DNA of 64,000 nt from contig CM007989.1 in the NCBI GenBank assembly GCA_002189035.1, positions 124,001 to 188,000 of the forward strand, given 5' to 3'. The translations under genes and the position numbers were made by a program. Position 1 is the first letter of the stretch; every line of letters starts with the position of its first letter. This document shows, one piece after another, positions 51,194 to 63,600 of this stretch. The DNA comes from Utricularia gibba. Lineage: Eukaryota > Plantae > Magnoliophyta. Under the pieces are notes generated by a model. That model did no database searches, was not told the origin of the DNA, and worked only from the letters and a program-made list of their open reading frames with translations.

Positions 51194-53875
51194 ATGGAGC
51201 TCCGCTGCATTCGATCCCCTACGATCAGCGGCGTTCCTCGAAATGCGTTATCGGGAAAACCGTATGCATGCGCGATAACAAACGCCAGTTGTCCTGCCGA
51301 CAAGAGACTTTGCTCAGGTGCCTCAAGATTCAACTACTTTGATTCCGGAGTTCGAGTGAAAGGTTAGGATTCCTGGTAATGACCTTCTCAATTCGTGAAA
51401 AGCATATGGATTCTAGCGCTGGCAATTTGCCTCTCTTCCAGGAAGCGTGCCTCTTGCACATGCAGTCTGCGGAATGGTGTTTTATGTCTCTTTTTTCGTA
51501 GCACTGTCGTTTCTTCTTAAAAGAAATGAGACATTTTGACGAAAACTGTAGAGTATTTTATTATAAAATGCTGTTCTTGAAGGACTGTATTCAATAGCTA
51601 ATGATGCCACTGCTGAACATGTTAGGAACGGCGAAAGAGAGATCAAATGCCACTTACATTGTTTCTTCAAGCGACGTTGGTGCGAAGGATGAGAACCTTG
51701 TGTTTGTTGCTGGAGCGACAGGAAAAGTAGGCTCACGGACCGTGAGGTTAATTTTCATTTCTTGTGAAAAAATTTGAACTCCAGATCACATCCAAGCCGA
51801 ATTGCTTTGTTTTTAAGGGAGCTCTTGAAACTAGGATTCAAAGTCCGGGCTGGTGTTCGGAGTATCCAGAGAGCTGCATCCCTTGTTGAGGTAGGGGTTT
51901 AAATTTTTTGCCATAGTTAAAGTGAAAATTGCAGAAAGCTAATGAAGATACTTTTTACTTAACTACGCAGAGTGTCAAGAAGTTGAAGGTGGAGAATGGA
52001 GGAGAAACTCAGTGTGAGATTAGGAACTATTTAGCTCTGCTTGTCATTTCCCCTAAAACTCCTCAATGCTGCCGAACCGTATTTACTTCTTGTTTATCAA
52101 AACTAGTAATAATAAAATTCAAACGACCACGTCATACTTCAGCATTATCATTTGTGACTCCTTGCTATTTAGACCAGATGTAGATTTGCTGGAGCTTGTG
52201 GAGTGCGACTTAGAGAGAGCAGACCAGATCTCTACTGCTTTGGGAAATTCATCAACTGTCATATGCTGCATTGGTGCAAGTGAGAAGGAGATCCTTGATA
52301 TTAGTGGACCTTATCGAATTGACTACAAGGCAACTGAAAACCTTATTAACGCAGGTAAAATGTCTATTAAGAACTTTCCTTTAGGTCAGGCAAATTGATG
52401 CTCGCATGTGCTATAAATAACACCATGATTAAATTGCAGCAACTTCTGCACAAGTCTTACACTTCATTTTGGTGACATCTCTTGGGACAAACAAAGTTGG
52501 ATTTCCTGCTGCCATTTTGAAGTAATTCCTTACTACTGATTCTTAGGCTTGTTTTCTATTTTCTTCCAAGAGTTACCCAAAATCGTGGAACAATCTCAGT
52601 CTTTGCAACTCAGCGTTTGTTTGGACTGTGAGATAACCATGTGCCTCTTGTTCAAAAAGCTTGTTCTGGGGAGTCCTCGTCTGGAAAAGGAAAGCTGAAG
52701 AAGTGCTTCTTGCTAGTGGTATTCCTTATACTGTGAGTTTTCCCTTGCGAATATTTCCACGTTGATGTGCTCCCTTCATCTCTTCTATTTAAAGCCAACT
52801 AGGTTCGAATTGTTGATGATTGAATTGGTGTGGTCACCCTTGATTTTATAGCACTCACGATTGCATTTACAGATAGTGAGGCCTGGTGGGATGGAGCGAC
52901 CTACTGATTCTTTCAAGGAAACTCACAATATCACTTTATCCACAGAGGACTCTTTGTTTGGTGGTCTAGTCTCAAATCTCCAGGTCAAGTAATGATTTAT
53001 ATTATGTGCATCAAGATCAAGATTTTATCAATGTTTTTATTGATTCTATAAGTTTTCCTTGGGGGAAAATATAGATATGTCGTTTTGGGATCACAAAAGT
53101 TAATGAATGGAAAGTTACTCATGTAGAGATGAATTTTTTTACAAGTTGGCTTCTTCTTCCAGATAGCAGAACTCTTAGCATTCATGGCAAAAAACCGCAG
53201 CTTATCATACTATAAGGTAGTGGAAGCAGTAGCGGAAACCACTGCACCTTTACTGCCCTTTGAAGACCTTCTTAAGAAGGTACCTTCCAAGGTAGTCCTT
53301 TATTGTAACTTATTTGAGTTTTACATCTTGTAATTTCATGCTTATATGTGCAGCAGATGAACATTTTGTTGTGTATTTAGAATTTGGAAAAAATTGCCGC
53401 TGTTTCTGAAAGCACTTTGGAATTGGGAAAACATGAGCAGCCAAACGAAACTTCTTCTGGAACTCCTCAGTCTCCATATGTGCGGTAAGTTGGCAATTGT
53501 ATGTGGCTTGTTCTAATGACTTGAGAGAAATCTCCATTTCCATGTCAAAATCAGCTTCTTTTTGCAGCTATGAAGACTTGAAACCACCAACTTCTCCGAG
53601 TCCAACCCCAAGCTCAAGCTTGACTCATGCGACAAATAACGATGCATCCTTGCCATCATCATCTACTGAATCCGATTCCTTGGAGAAGCTGAAAATCCCA
53701 GCAGACACTGCATCTCCAAGGGAACCAAAATTAACACAACCCTCATCACCATACATCAAGTAGGTTCAGTTTGTTTTGTTATTTTTGTCCTCCGAAATCT
53801 CACCATCAATTGTTTTCCAGATACCACGATCTCAAGCCTCCTACATCACCTACCCCCAGGGCTCCGATCTACTGA
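51194..53875 (+). CDS. TIC62: TIC62-like NAD(P)-binding Rossmann-fold protein with C-terminal FNR-binding repeats
   Basis: LVFVAGATGKVGSRTVRELLKLGFKVRAGVRS, CCIGASEKEILDISGPYRIDY, IVRPGGMERPTD; repeats SPYVRYEDLKPPTSPSP and SPYIKYHDLKPPTSPTP. Confidence 0.93.
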
Positions 53876-54791
53876 ATTAAACTTGCTCAATCAATCCTAG
53901 TGGAAGATCACTTTCTTCCTACAGTTGACACCCATGTAAGTTTGTATGGGCCCCTTGTTTACCCCCAATGAAGAGGGGGTTACATTGAATTTCCGCAAAC
54001 TTTACCTCTTGATGGGTGCGAGGGAACGGTCTGTCGCCTCCTGCTGATGTCTCAAATGTGTGTGATATTGTAAATTGTGTATTGTATTGTTAGTTTATCT
54101 GCAAGTTGAGTGGTCCGAACATGTATTATGAAGATTGGTCTGGTTTACTTAAATTTTGTATATTTAATTACAGATTATTGAAAGTGGTATTGAATTTGTA
54201 TAATTCAAGATTAGGATGACTGCTGGTGGGGAGAATCTGGTTCTAATTTAGATTAGGAAGGGCGGAGGGGGAGGAACCTTAGATTCACTTAGATCATTTA
54301 ATTGGTGAGGTGGTTTGATTCATTCCCATTTCCCTCTACCAGAACGTTATGGGGTAAGCTCATGTTCACACTACAATCGCAATAACCATAAGCTTTTTTG
54401 TTCTTTTAATTTTTATGCACATGTTGCTCTTCGAGTGCATACATGTCAGTTGAGAACGTGTAAAATAGAAACTTAGTTGTACGAGTTGCTTTGACCCTCC
54501 AAAGCATCAGATGATGTTTGAGATACTGATGGTAGTTCAGTCGAATTAGCTTTAAGCTCAGTTTCAAATGCATTTACTAACCTGATGTTGGTCAACATTC
54601 AATCCTGATGCACTGTCCAGATGCGAATCTTATGTATAAAAGTTAGGTGTATGGTGTAAAGTGGCGAGGGTAGCATATCACATGTTCTGATCAGTCAGTC
54701 TATCCGGATGAGGAGGCGAGGACTACTCATACGCCCAGCTCTGGAACTGGTGTGCAAGTTGCCAGATGCTATGGCGTTGCTTTGTTCGAGT

Positions 54792-54907
54792 AGAACCGCT
54801 TAGGGGGCACCACTCTGATCACCACCCAACAGCAGCCGACAGCATCTAGTGCTCCGGACGACAGCTCACCGGTCGAAAAGGAAGAACCGCTTAGGGGGCA
54901 CCACTCT
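54792..54907. repeat. Perfect 25-nt direct repeat AGAACCGCTTAGGGGGCACCACTCT (54792-54816 and 54883-54907)
   Basis: Read directly; the two copies are separated by a 66-nt spacer. Confidence 0.95.
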
Positions 54908-55292
54908 CCTTCACATCAACCCTTGCTTGCATCATTCATGATGTGTACCCAAGCTCCATTTTTGGCGCAATGTAGAATATAAAATAAAATACTTTATTCA
55001 TAAACTCTATTATGGTTTTTATTTTTATTTTTTTGATGACTAAAAAAAACTAGAAATATTCAACTCTGAGTATAAAAGTTAAATGACTCAACGGGAATTT
55101 TTCTAGAGGCAAGGGATTAACTCAACAGGAATGAGGGTTCTGGATGCATTTTTGATCCTGGAGTTTCTTCGGTGATTTGGCGCAGCGGGTTTCCTTAGCA
55201 CATGGTTTGCGACCTGTGTGGATGAGGAAATAACTGCAATCCATTATAGGGGGCCGGCTCGTGGCTCTTCGGTATGTCCAAGGGGTACGTAA

Positions 55293-56029
<737 letters not shown>

Positions 56030-56253
56030 CTCTCCACGTGTTTGTTTCATTAGATACTTCTATCGTATTCATCCACAACCCCACGTGTCCGGCATTCATA
56101 TTTAATTCAAAAAAAATGCTAATAATTAAAAACACAGGTTGTAAAATACCAAATCGACATTCAATATGATTTTTCGGATTTAATTCGATAATTTTTATGA
56201 TAATTATTTTTGAAATAAATTTAGTTTTTAAATGGTTTCTGAAACTTGATGCA

Positions 56254-57115
56254 TTAAAGTAATGCTCCGATTATGCCGACGATGAGTGCTGTGGGGTCCC
56301 CTAAAACGGCGGAAACAACCGCCTGAATACCCATCGCTGCAATCTCGCACCCCTTGAGCGACGTCCCTTTGCTTCTCTTACGGATCTTTGCCGCCTGAAA
56401 GCTCCCTTTCAGACTCGGAATTTTCGCGTTCATTTCCCTGACGCCATCGCTTCCGCTTCCGCTGCCGCAGGCGCAGCTGCTTCGCCGACGGATCTCGTGC
56501 CAGCTCTCCGCTAGCATCTCCTTCGCGCAGGCTACGTGGAGATTGTAATTATTGCACGGCGATCGGTAACTCCAGCTCCGTACCTTTCTAGCGCACCTGT
56601 AGAAGGTACGTTTTCGTCCAATTGAAGAATCGAGGATTCGTATTTTCATTTTTGTTTTTTGGTACTTGCCTGAGGCATGGCGCGCCAACCTTCTTGTGCA
56701 AGTACAGTTTGATATCGCCGTCGTCGAGAATCATCGGAAGCTTCGCGCAGCAAGGATGGAGATCGAATCCACAAGATTTGCAATGGTAGGCGAATCCAGT
56801 CACGTCCTTCTCACAAGCATTGCAATAACGGTCCACCTCTCCCGGCGGCCTGCTCATGAATTGAAACGAGCATTTAGTGTAGAAGGGATGCGTGATCGTC
56901 GGCAGCGGAATCGCACAATGCGTGTGCAGATCGAAGTTACAGGCGGAGGCATGGTATCCTCCTCCTCTCCAGCCATCTCCGGCGCCGCCAGAGCATCTGT
57001 ATCTTGAGCCGATTCCGGCTTCCTTGCAGCCGTCGCACTTGAAGGGAGCCTCGGAGGACTCGAACTTGAGTGTGTGGTGTGGGTGGCTGAAATGAGAGAT
57101 CTCAGAGAACTTCAT
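56254..57115 (-). CDS. Cys/His-rich DC1 (C1-like) domain protein, 262 aa, with one GC-AG intron (56669-56597)
   Basis: MKFSEISHFSHPHH..FKCDGCKEAGIG..FDLHTHCA, RYCNACEKDVTGFAYHCKSCGFDLHPCCAKLP. Splicing gives APCLR|CARKVRSWSYRS..YNLHVAC..VSAVLGDPTALI. Confidence 0.92.
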
Positions 57116-58824
57116 TCCCAGCGGCGGCCAATAGCGCCGCTCTCCAGAGCACCGCCTCTCCCTTTTTATAAGGTGATATTTTTACGTACATGGTTAAGTG
57201 ATGTAGACGCAATTTTGCAACGCTTGTCCTTATCTCGATTAATTAATGATTCCTACCCAAATTCCAGAGATGCTCTTCGGATTAAGCACCAGTTGTCCAC
57301 GTCAGACGTTGACTGATCCACTACCTGTCCCAGCTATTCATCAATGATTGTGTTCCCTTGACTTCTTCTCCCAAGTCCCAAATCAAAACAATGGAATACG
57401 TTCTCCTATGCCCAGTCTCCATCCAAGTGTGGAACCCCAGGTTCCAAACGGAATCAGCCCCAGCCCAAGAGGGAGCCTTCATGCATCAAGGATTCCACAC
57501 ACAGGCACACAGTTGTGTTGTCCAGGGTCCTCTTTTTTGTGCAGAAAGGGAGCGCCACCTGGTGGAACAAATGGAAGTGGAAACCTCCCCATTCTGCCAC
57601 ACTCCATCGAGGTTGGTTTAACAAGTTGACAGGAAAAGGTGGAAGGCAATTAGACTGGAGGGGGGGAATAGTAGGAAGGAAGCCATCAACGTGAATCTGA
57701 TTCTGTGAGGATGATGATCAATCAATGAGGGAGATTACCAGCTGCACACTCCACTCCATGGTCAGTCAGTCAATCACCGGTTCAAAAGTTAAGTTAAGTG
57801 CACCAGTAGTTATTATTCCCTGCTTCTCATTCTCGCCCTCTCTTACCCTATCCGCAGTGCCTTGAGAATCTCACCCTATATAAACACACGGCAGCTGCTC
57901 TGCATGCAGACTTGTGGTTAACACGTATTAGGAAACCCATCCTGAAGTTGGGTGAACTTGGAGCAGCCAGCCAGAGAGAGAACCTGTCCGAACAGGCATA
58001 TGCTAAATTACTGATTCAGAACTAGCGTAAAGCATCTAGCACACACATCTTGAAGGTGAAGCATGTCAAGGACCCAAATGAACTATCTTATCTGGAGTAC
58101 ATGCCCAACTCTTGGTCGCAACAACTGAAAGACTCCACGTACGTTTCGTTAGCGGTTGGAGGAAGAGGAGAGAGTGCAAGTTTGGGGATACCATTACCTA
58201 CCACCACATCACACTTGGAATAAAAACTACATAAACAGCAATCATAAATCAGAACACAAAATGCCAAAGTCTTGAAACTATAGGGAGGGCCGGGGGACTT
58301 GACTTACACACCGAATCAAGGCGACCCAAGTTCCAAAAGCGAGCACCTTGGCTTCCGCGCCACACCTTCATCTGGGGTGGGGTTTTCAAAGTCTCCCGTT
58401 TTCGGGCCCGCCACAATCATCGCCCATCAAGATATCTATTACGCGCACTTGGGTTGTCCAAAATCACTGGGATGCTGCGAAGAATCTGTCAATCTGCTAG
58501 GTAACGCTATGCGGGCCAAACTGAAATAAGAAAGAGAAAAGGGACTACAAAGGGAACGGCTACAGATCCCAACTCCTCCGAATGGGCCTGGAAAGCTACA
58601 GATCCAAACTCACAGAATATCAAGCAGCCCAACGGAGAGTGTACTGAAAAGAGCACCAACTCACAGCTAAACAAGAGGCAACGGCTAATTTTGACAATAG
58701 GACTAACGGTCATGTGAAGCTCTCCCCTATAAATCCTTGTAATACCCAATTATGACGTATGCAATACAATCATATCAAGAACCCACATCCCACTCTCCAC
58801 TCTCTCATATCCAGATCACAAAAA

Positions 58825-59010
58825 ATGCTTTCACTCAAGACTTGGCTTCGGCGGTTTAGTCCCACGTTGTGCAGCAGCTATCAGGTTGGCCTCCATGATG
58901 ATCCAGGAAGGCGGGGTTCTGTCTGGACAGCACAAGAGCAAGCGAACGACTCTGTGAAGCACCGGGTTCAAGACCAGATCACGTCTGCAGTGTATGCGTT
59001 TTTTGTGTAA
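58825..59010 (+). CDS. Small uncharacterised protein (61 aa) ending RRGSVWTAQEQANDSVKHRVQDQITSAVYAFFV
   Basis: TATAAAT about 97 nt upstream; the C-terminus resembles a recalled family of small plant proteins. Confidence 0.6.
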   Translation: MLSLKTWLRRFSPTLCSSYQVGLHDDPGRRGSVWTAQEQANDSVKHRVQDQITSAVYAFFV

Positions 59011-59350
59011 TTGTGTTCCTTTCGTGTATATTGTGCAAACCAGGAGTTTTATCAGGCGATACCGTGGAGTGCAATTAATTAATACAGAATCGACCGACTC
59101 GCTCAGGATCATACTCTGGCTCCCCAGCAACAGAGTAAGAGGCACTGAGTGGGTGATCTTCGTTGCCCAACATCCAGGGCGTACTTTGCTAACGTAAAAA
59201 CGACGTAAACGTGCTTCTGCATTCCCACGGTAATTAAATCCGTAATCAAACTAGGAGCCATAGCCCACAGGTACACAACTGATTGATCCAATATGTACAT
59301 ACAAAAACTAGTACATAGATAAAATCGATGACCTCAGTCATGATTTCAGA

Positions 59351-59563
59351 TCAGCAGGGGGCAAACCGGTCCATAAGCAAAATCACGGTGGTTTCTGCCA
59401 ACCCCTCCTCCCTATTTTCCGGAGCCGAATGCGTGACATCTTTCGATCTTGTTCTCTGCTTGGGTTCCTGAGGTTCGGAAGCATTGGACCTCCACAAAAA
59501 CGGACTTATCTTTGCTCGAAGCTTCGCCAATTCTCCGTTACAGGGATTTGCAGCGGTAGCCAT
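59351..59563 (-). CDS. Small uncharacterised protein (70 aa) ending LAETTVILLMDRFAPC
   Basis: TATATATA about 40 nt upstream on the minus strand, good AAATGG start context; the LLMDRFAPx terminus resembles a recalled family of small plant proteins. Confidence 0.65.
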   Translation of the reverse strand: MATAANPCNGELAKLRAKISPFLWRSNASEPQEPKQRTRSKDVTHSAPENREEGLAETTVILLMDRFAPC

Positions 59564-60646
59564 TTCCGCCCTTCACGGATGCACATCCCATGTGTGTGTA
59601 TATATATGCATAGGGAGGAGAGGGACAGGGAGAGCATGAACCATGAATGTGCGCGCATGGATCCCCAGGGCATATTCCCGCAGATTTTTTAGTTCGCCAC
59701 GGACGATTCCGAGGACTCCACGCTTCGTAGGAGAAGACGACGTCGTTTCCTTTCGGGAATTCATAATGGGCTTTGATTTCTGAGCTCATGAATCTGTTGC
59801 GCCCAACTAGTAATGGGCCACGAGTGGCCCACTATCCAGTCATACTATCAATTTAGTTTCCTTTGATGAAATTTGCGATGAAATGGAACCCTATTATTGA
59901 CTTTTAAAATTACTCGAGAACTGAAAAAATCAATGAAATTATAACAGCCAAATTATGCAATTAAAAAAGAAAAGAATACTGTAAGAAGCACCTGTGAAAA
60001 TTCAATGCGAATTGAATCGAAGGAAAACAGATGGATACACTAAGGTGACCAATAGGACACTAACGGCAATTTGAAAATGGATGCATTTAACAGGATCGTT
60101 ACTCCATAACTATAGAGACTTGTAGTCCAAGCAAACATCATCATAAAATGGTCCACTTCTGTTGGAACAACCACAAACCATCACATCACTGACCTGAGCC
60201 TTAGAAAACCTCTCATTACACATAAATATGTTCTCCCTTTTTTTTTTTTTGTTGGAGGAGGAGAAGATGAATGACACAAGCATTTTACCTGGAAACACCT
60301 GTTCCATTCCTTCACTGGTGAACTTGCGTTCGGGTGCATTTGGGAGTGAAGTCTCTCTCGACTGCTGCAAGTTGAGACAGGGACAGGATACACAATCCAC
60401 CTCTGGGAAACGGAACGATGAACAGCCATACCCACCAATGCAATCTACGGATTCTTCTTGACAAGTTAATGAAGTGGGGGCCGCAGCATGTCTCTTGTCT
60501 TGCGCATCGTCGTGCTTGCGTCCAGAGGGCTCAGAATGGTATTTGCTGCTGCTGCTAATGGATTACATCTGTGGAGATATCCGGAATCTTCGGTGTCCTC
60601 CAATCAGTCACAGCACGAGGAGACGCAAAACTCAGCATTCCAGTGA

Positions 60647-63600
60647 TCAAATCCACGGCGTCCAACCTTCATACATATTGCAGAGGTTGTCTACATCTGT
60701 TGCCTGTCTAAGAAGCACATCGACTTGCTCTGAAGTGCCTATTTCCCTGGGATGGATACCTTCAGTTTTATACTCTGCCAACGCATATGAATTAGTGTAG
60801 GAGTAAATACCTGCTACCCACGATATCCCGGCCATCAATCTTCATCTCAACGCGTCTCAAAAGTGAGATTGCAAACGCATTTTTTCCTGCAACGCTCGAA
60901 CTTAGTTTGCAGATAATCTCGAAACATGGAAAACAAGTAATTGGTACACCTGCTTATGAAAAACTGGAATCATTCATCAACAAACTGAGTTTCAATTCCA
61001 GGGAAAGACAGTGGAAGCTCAATGGCCGAGTTCAAGCCTATTATTTGCAAAAATGGAAAATTACCAAATTGTTCTGGACCGATGGGCTGTGCGTTAGCGA
61101 GGGAAGTCAATGGTGGAACTTCCTGAGGGTTGTCTGCGTTCACCAGCAGTCCATCACCAACCTGCACCAAAGAAATATTTGAAGGTTCCTGGTCAAGATA
61201 TGGGGGCATGAGAAATCATAAAACTTAACAATCTAGTACAGTGAAAGATAAAAAATCCCCTCTTTTAGAACCTGCTTAATTTCAACATCTGATTCATGAG
61301 AGCATGATCTCGGTGAGTTTCCAATAACTATCGGTGCCTCGTGTGCCTTAATTTGGCTGAGCATACTGGCTGGTGTAAGCAAAGTCTCTTCGAGAATATT
61401 ACCACTCCCTGGAATACTTAGATCACCTGAGTGAGCAACATCAGAATCGGTGCTCCTGCTGCTTAAGGTGACTTGTGGGGACATCCACCCACTATTTGGT
61501 AACAGTGACTCATACAGACCATCAGCATCTTCCTCATTCTCACTGTCTGGGTTCACGGGCACTTCCCTCTTCTTTTCATGCTCAGTTATAGAAACAGAAA
61601 GATCATCCGTCAAATGATTTATTTCTTCTGGGCTTCCCTGCAGGTTTTCTCCTACTCCTTCGAGAGCCTAGAAAAGGTAACCGTTTAACTCATAGATCAC
61701 CAAAATAAATTGCAAAGAACAGTATTTTCATTACTTTGTGGAGATTTCCCGCATGAAGACTTGCAGTCTTTGCTAATCTGGTAAACATAGAGAAAAGCCC
61801 TTGGACATGCAATGTTAAAGATGGCACCAATGGTTTGAATACTTGTAGAGCTTCATTGATTTTATTGTAATAAGACTGAAATATGGCTTGCCCATGAATT
61901 GGAGCTATCTCGGATTTAGCGTCAACTTCTTGAGGCATAACATCAGTCATCATAGATACATCCTTCGACAGCTGGGATTCAAGTGGGATTAGGACTGCAT
62001 TGACCTAATTAGATCACGAACTCGCTTAGTTACCTTTAGTCCCAACATATTTAAGATCAAACCTCAAGCAGCAGGTAACTCGAATCAAAAAAATATTGTG
62101 ATAGTATACCTTTGAAAGCTCTTTCATAATCAAACCGTGTAAGTTAGCAGCTTCTTTTGCCAAACCATGAACGTCATGAAAATCTTCTGTTATTGCTAAA
62201 ACCTGCAGAATAACTGAGATGAGATAAGAGGGACTATGCTTTTGCTAAGATAAGAAACATCATTTTACCCTGTCAATGCGTTCTCCATCACACAAAATGG
62301 ACTACGCTCTTAAGATTTTCAATCAAGGTGTTAAATTCAAAAGCAGATCATAATTGTCATCTAAATCAAACGAAACCATCGAGTAGATGTTTTGAAACCA
62401 CAACCATCGCTTACCTCCTCAAGCATAGAACCACAGTCAGAAGTCAGAGCACTATGTCCTCGAATAATACCTCCATATGCAGATAGTGCTACACTGGCTC
62501 CATAAGAAGATTCCTTCATTGCGAGAAGTGTGCTTTTCAAATCACCTGCCAAGTTGAAAATTGAATGTCTTCCTTTATTTGCATTTTCTCTCACTTATCA
62601 GGTTCAAATATACAATGAACAACACATTAGTTAACCCTGGACCTATTTCATGATGACAGCATGCACAAGACCCTCACTATGCATCAAACCGACAAAGAGG
62701 TTGCAAAACATGTGCTTAAATATCCCCCCCTACAATACAGAGATATTTACAGAAGCGCATTAAGGGACTAAACTAAGGCGCTTACAAAACTTGATATTTG
62801 TGGAACTGTGATATAGGAATAGCATGGGCTACGTATTGGTTACTGGGAAAACTGTTCACCTGATACAGATGTCGCATTTAGCTCAGTCAAAGAAAGTTCG
62901 TTAGATGCAGAAACTAAACAATTTGATGCGGCTTCCATGTTGCTTTGTGCAAGCCTCCACTCTTTGTCAGCTCCTGCATCAAAGCCAACAAACAATCGTA
63001 TAATAAGCATAGATGAGGCAACACAAACTTCAGAATGTGGATTGGAACAAGCAGGGATCTTCAGACTAACGAATAAAAGAATGATATACTACATCCAATT
63101 TTGCTATCGCATTGAGGTTAGATTGCTGCCATGCTATGTTCTCCATTCCAGCTTTGGAAGAGGAAGCATCACATGCAAATCTAATTATACCATCCCTAGA
63201 TGCCTCGAACTCTAATACAGATACACAAACTTTTACAACATCTGCAGCATTCTGTCTGATTTCCTGCAAAATTTTCCGACGTCCAGCCAAATGATCATAG
63301 AATTGGGAAGGTATTCCTGAAACTTGGGTCTGAGCATTTCCAATAGAAATTGAACTTGAATCCCCACAAGCCCAACTCATTGCCCCTTCAAGCTGTTTTT
63401 CTGCAACAGCTGAGATTCCTCCATAAGATTGCAGACGTTCAAGGGATCTAGCTACTTGGGATATTGATAATCGCATACTCTCAAGCAGTTTTGCCCTGTT
63501 GGTGTTCCATACTAAGGGAAGTAAGTGGTAGTCGTCTGAGATGAAAAGGTCAGAAACTTCCATGGGCCTAGATGTGATATTGTGTATCCATTGCATTCTA

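Noticed and set aside
54792-54907. Repeat-spacer-repeat pattern suggesting CRISPR
   Set aside because: Only two copies, plant nuclear context and no cas genes.
55170-55215. Hypoxia-responsive (HRPE/ARE-like) motifs in the haemoglobin promoter
   Set aside because: GCAGCGGGTTT and TGGTTT are only partial matches to short motifs and cannot be distinguished from chance by eye.
57941-57960. CTGAAGTTGGGTGAACT resembling miR395
   Set aside because: Lacks three internal bases of the mature miRNA and has no complementary star arm.
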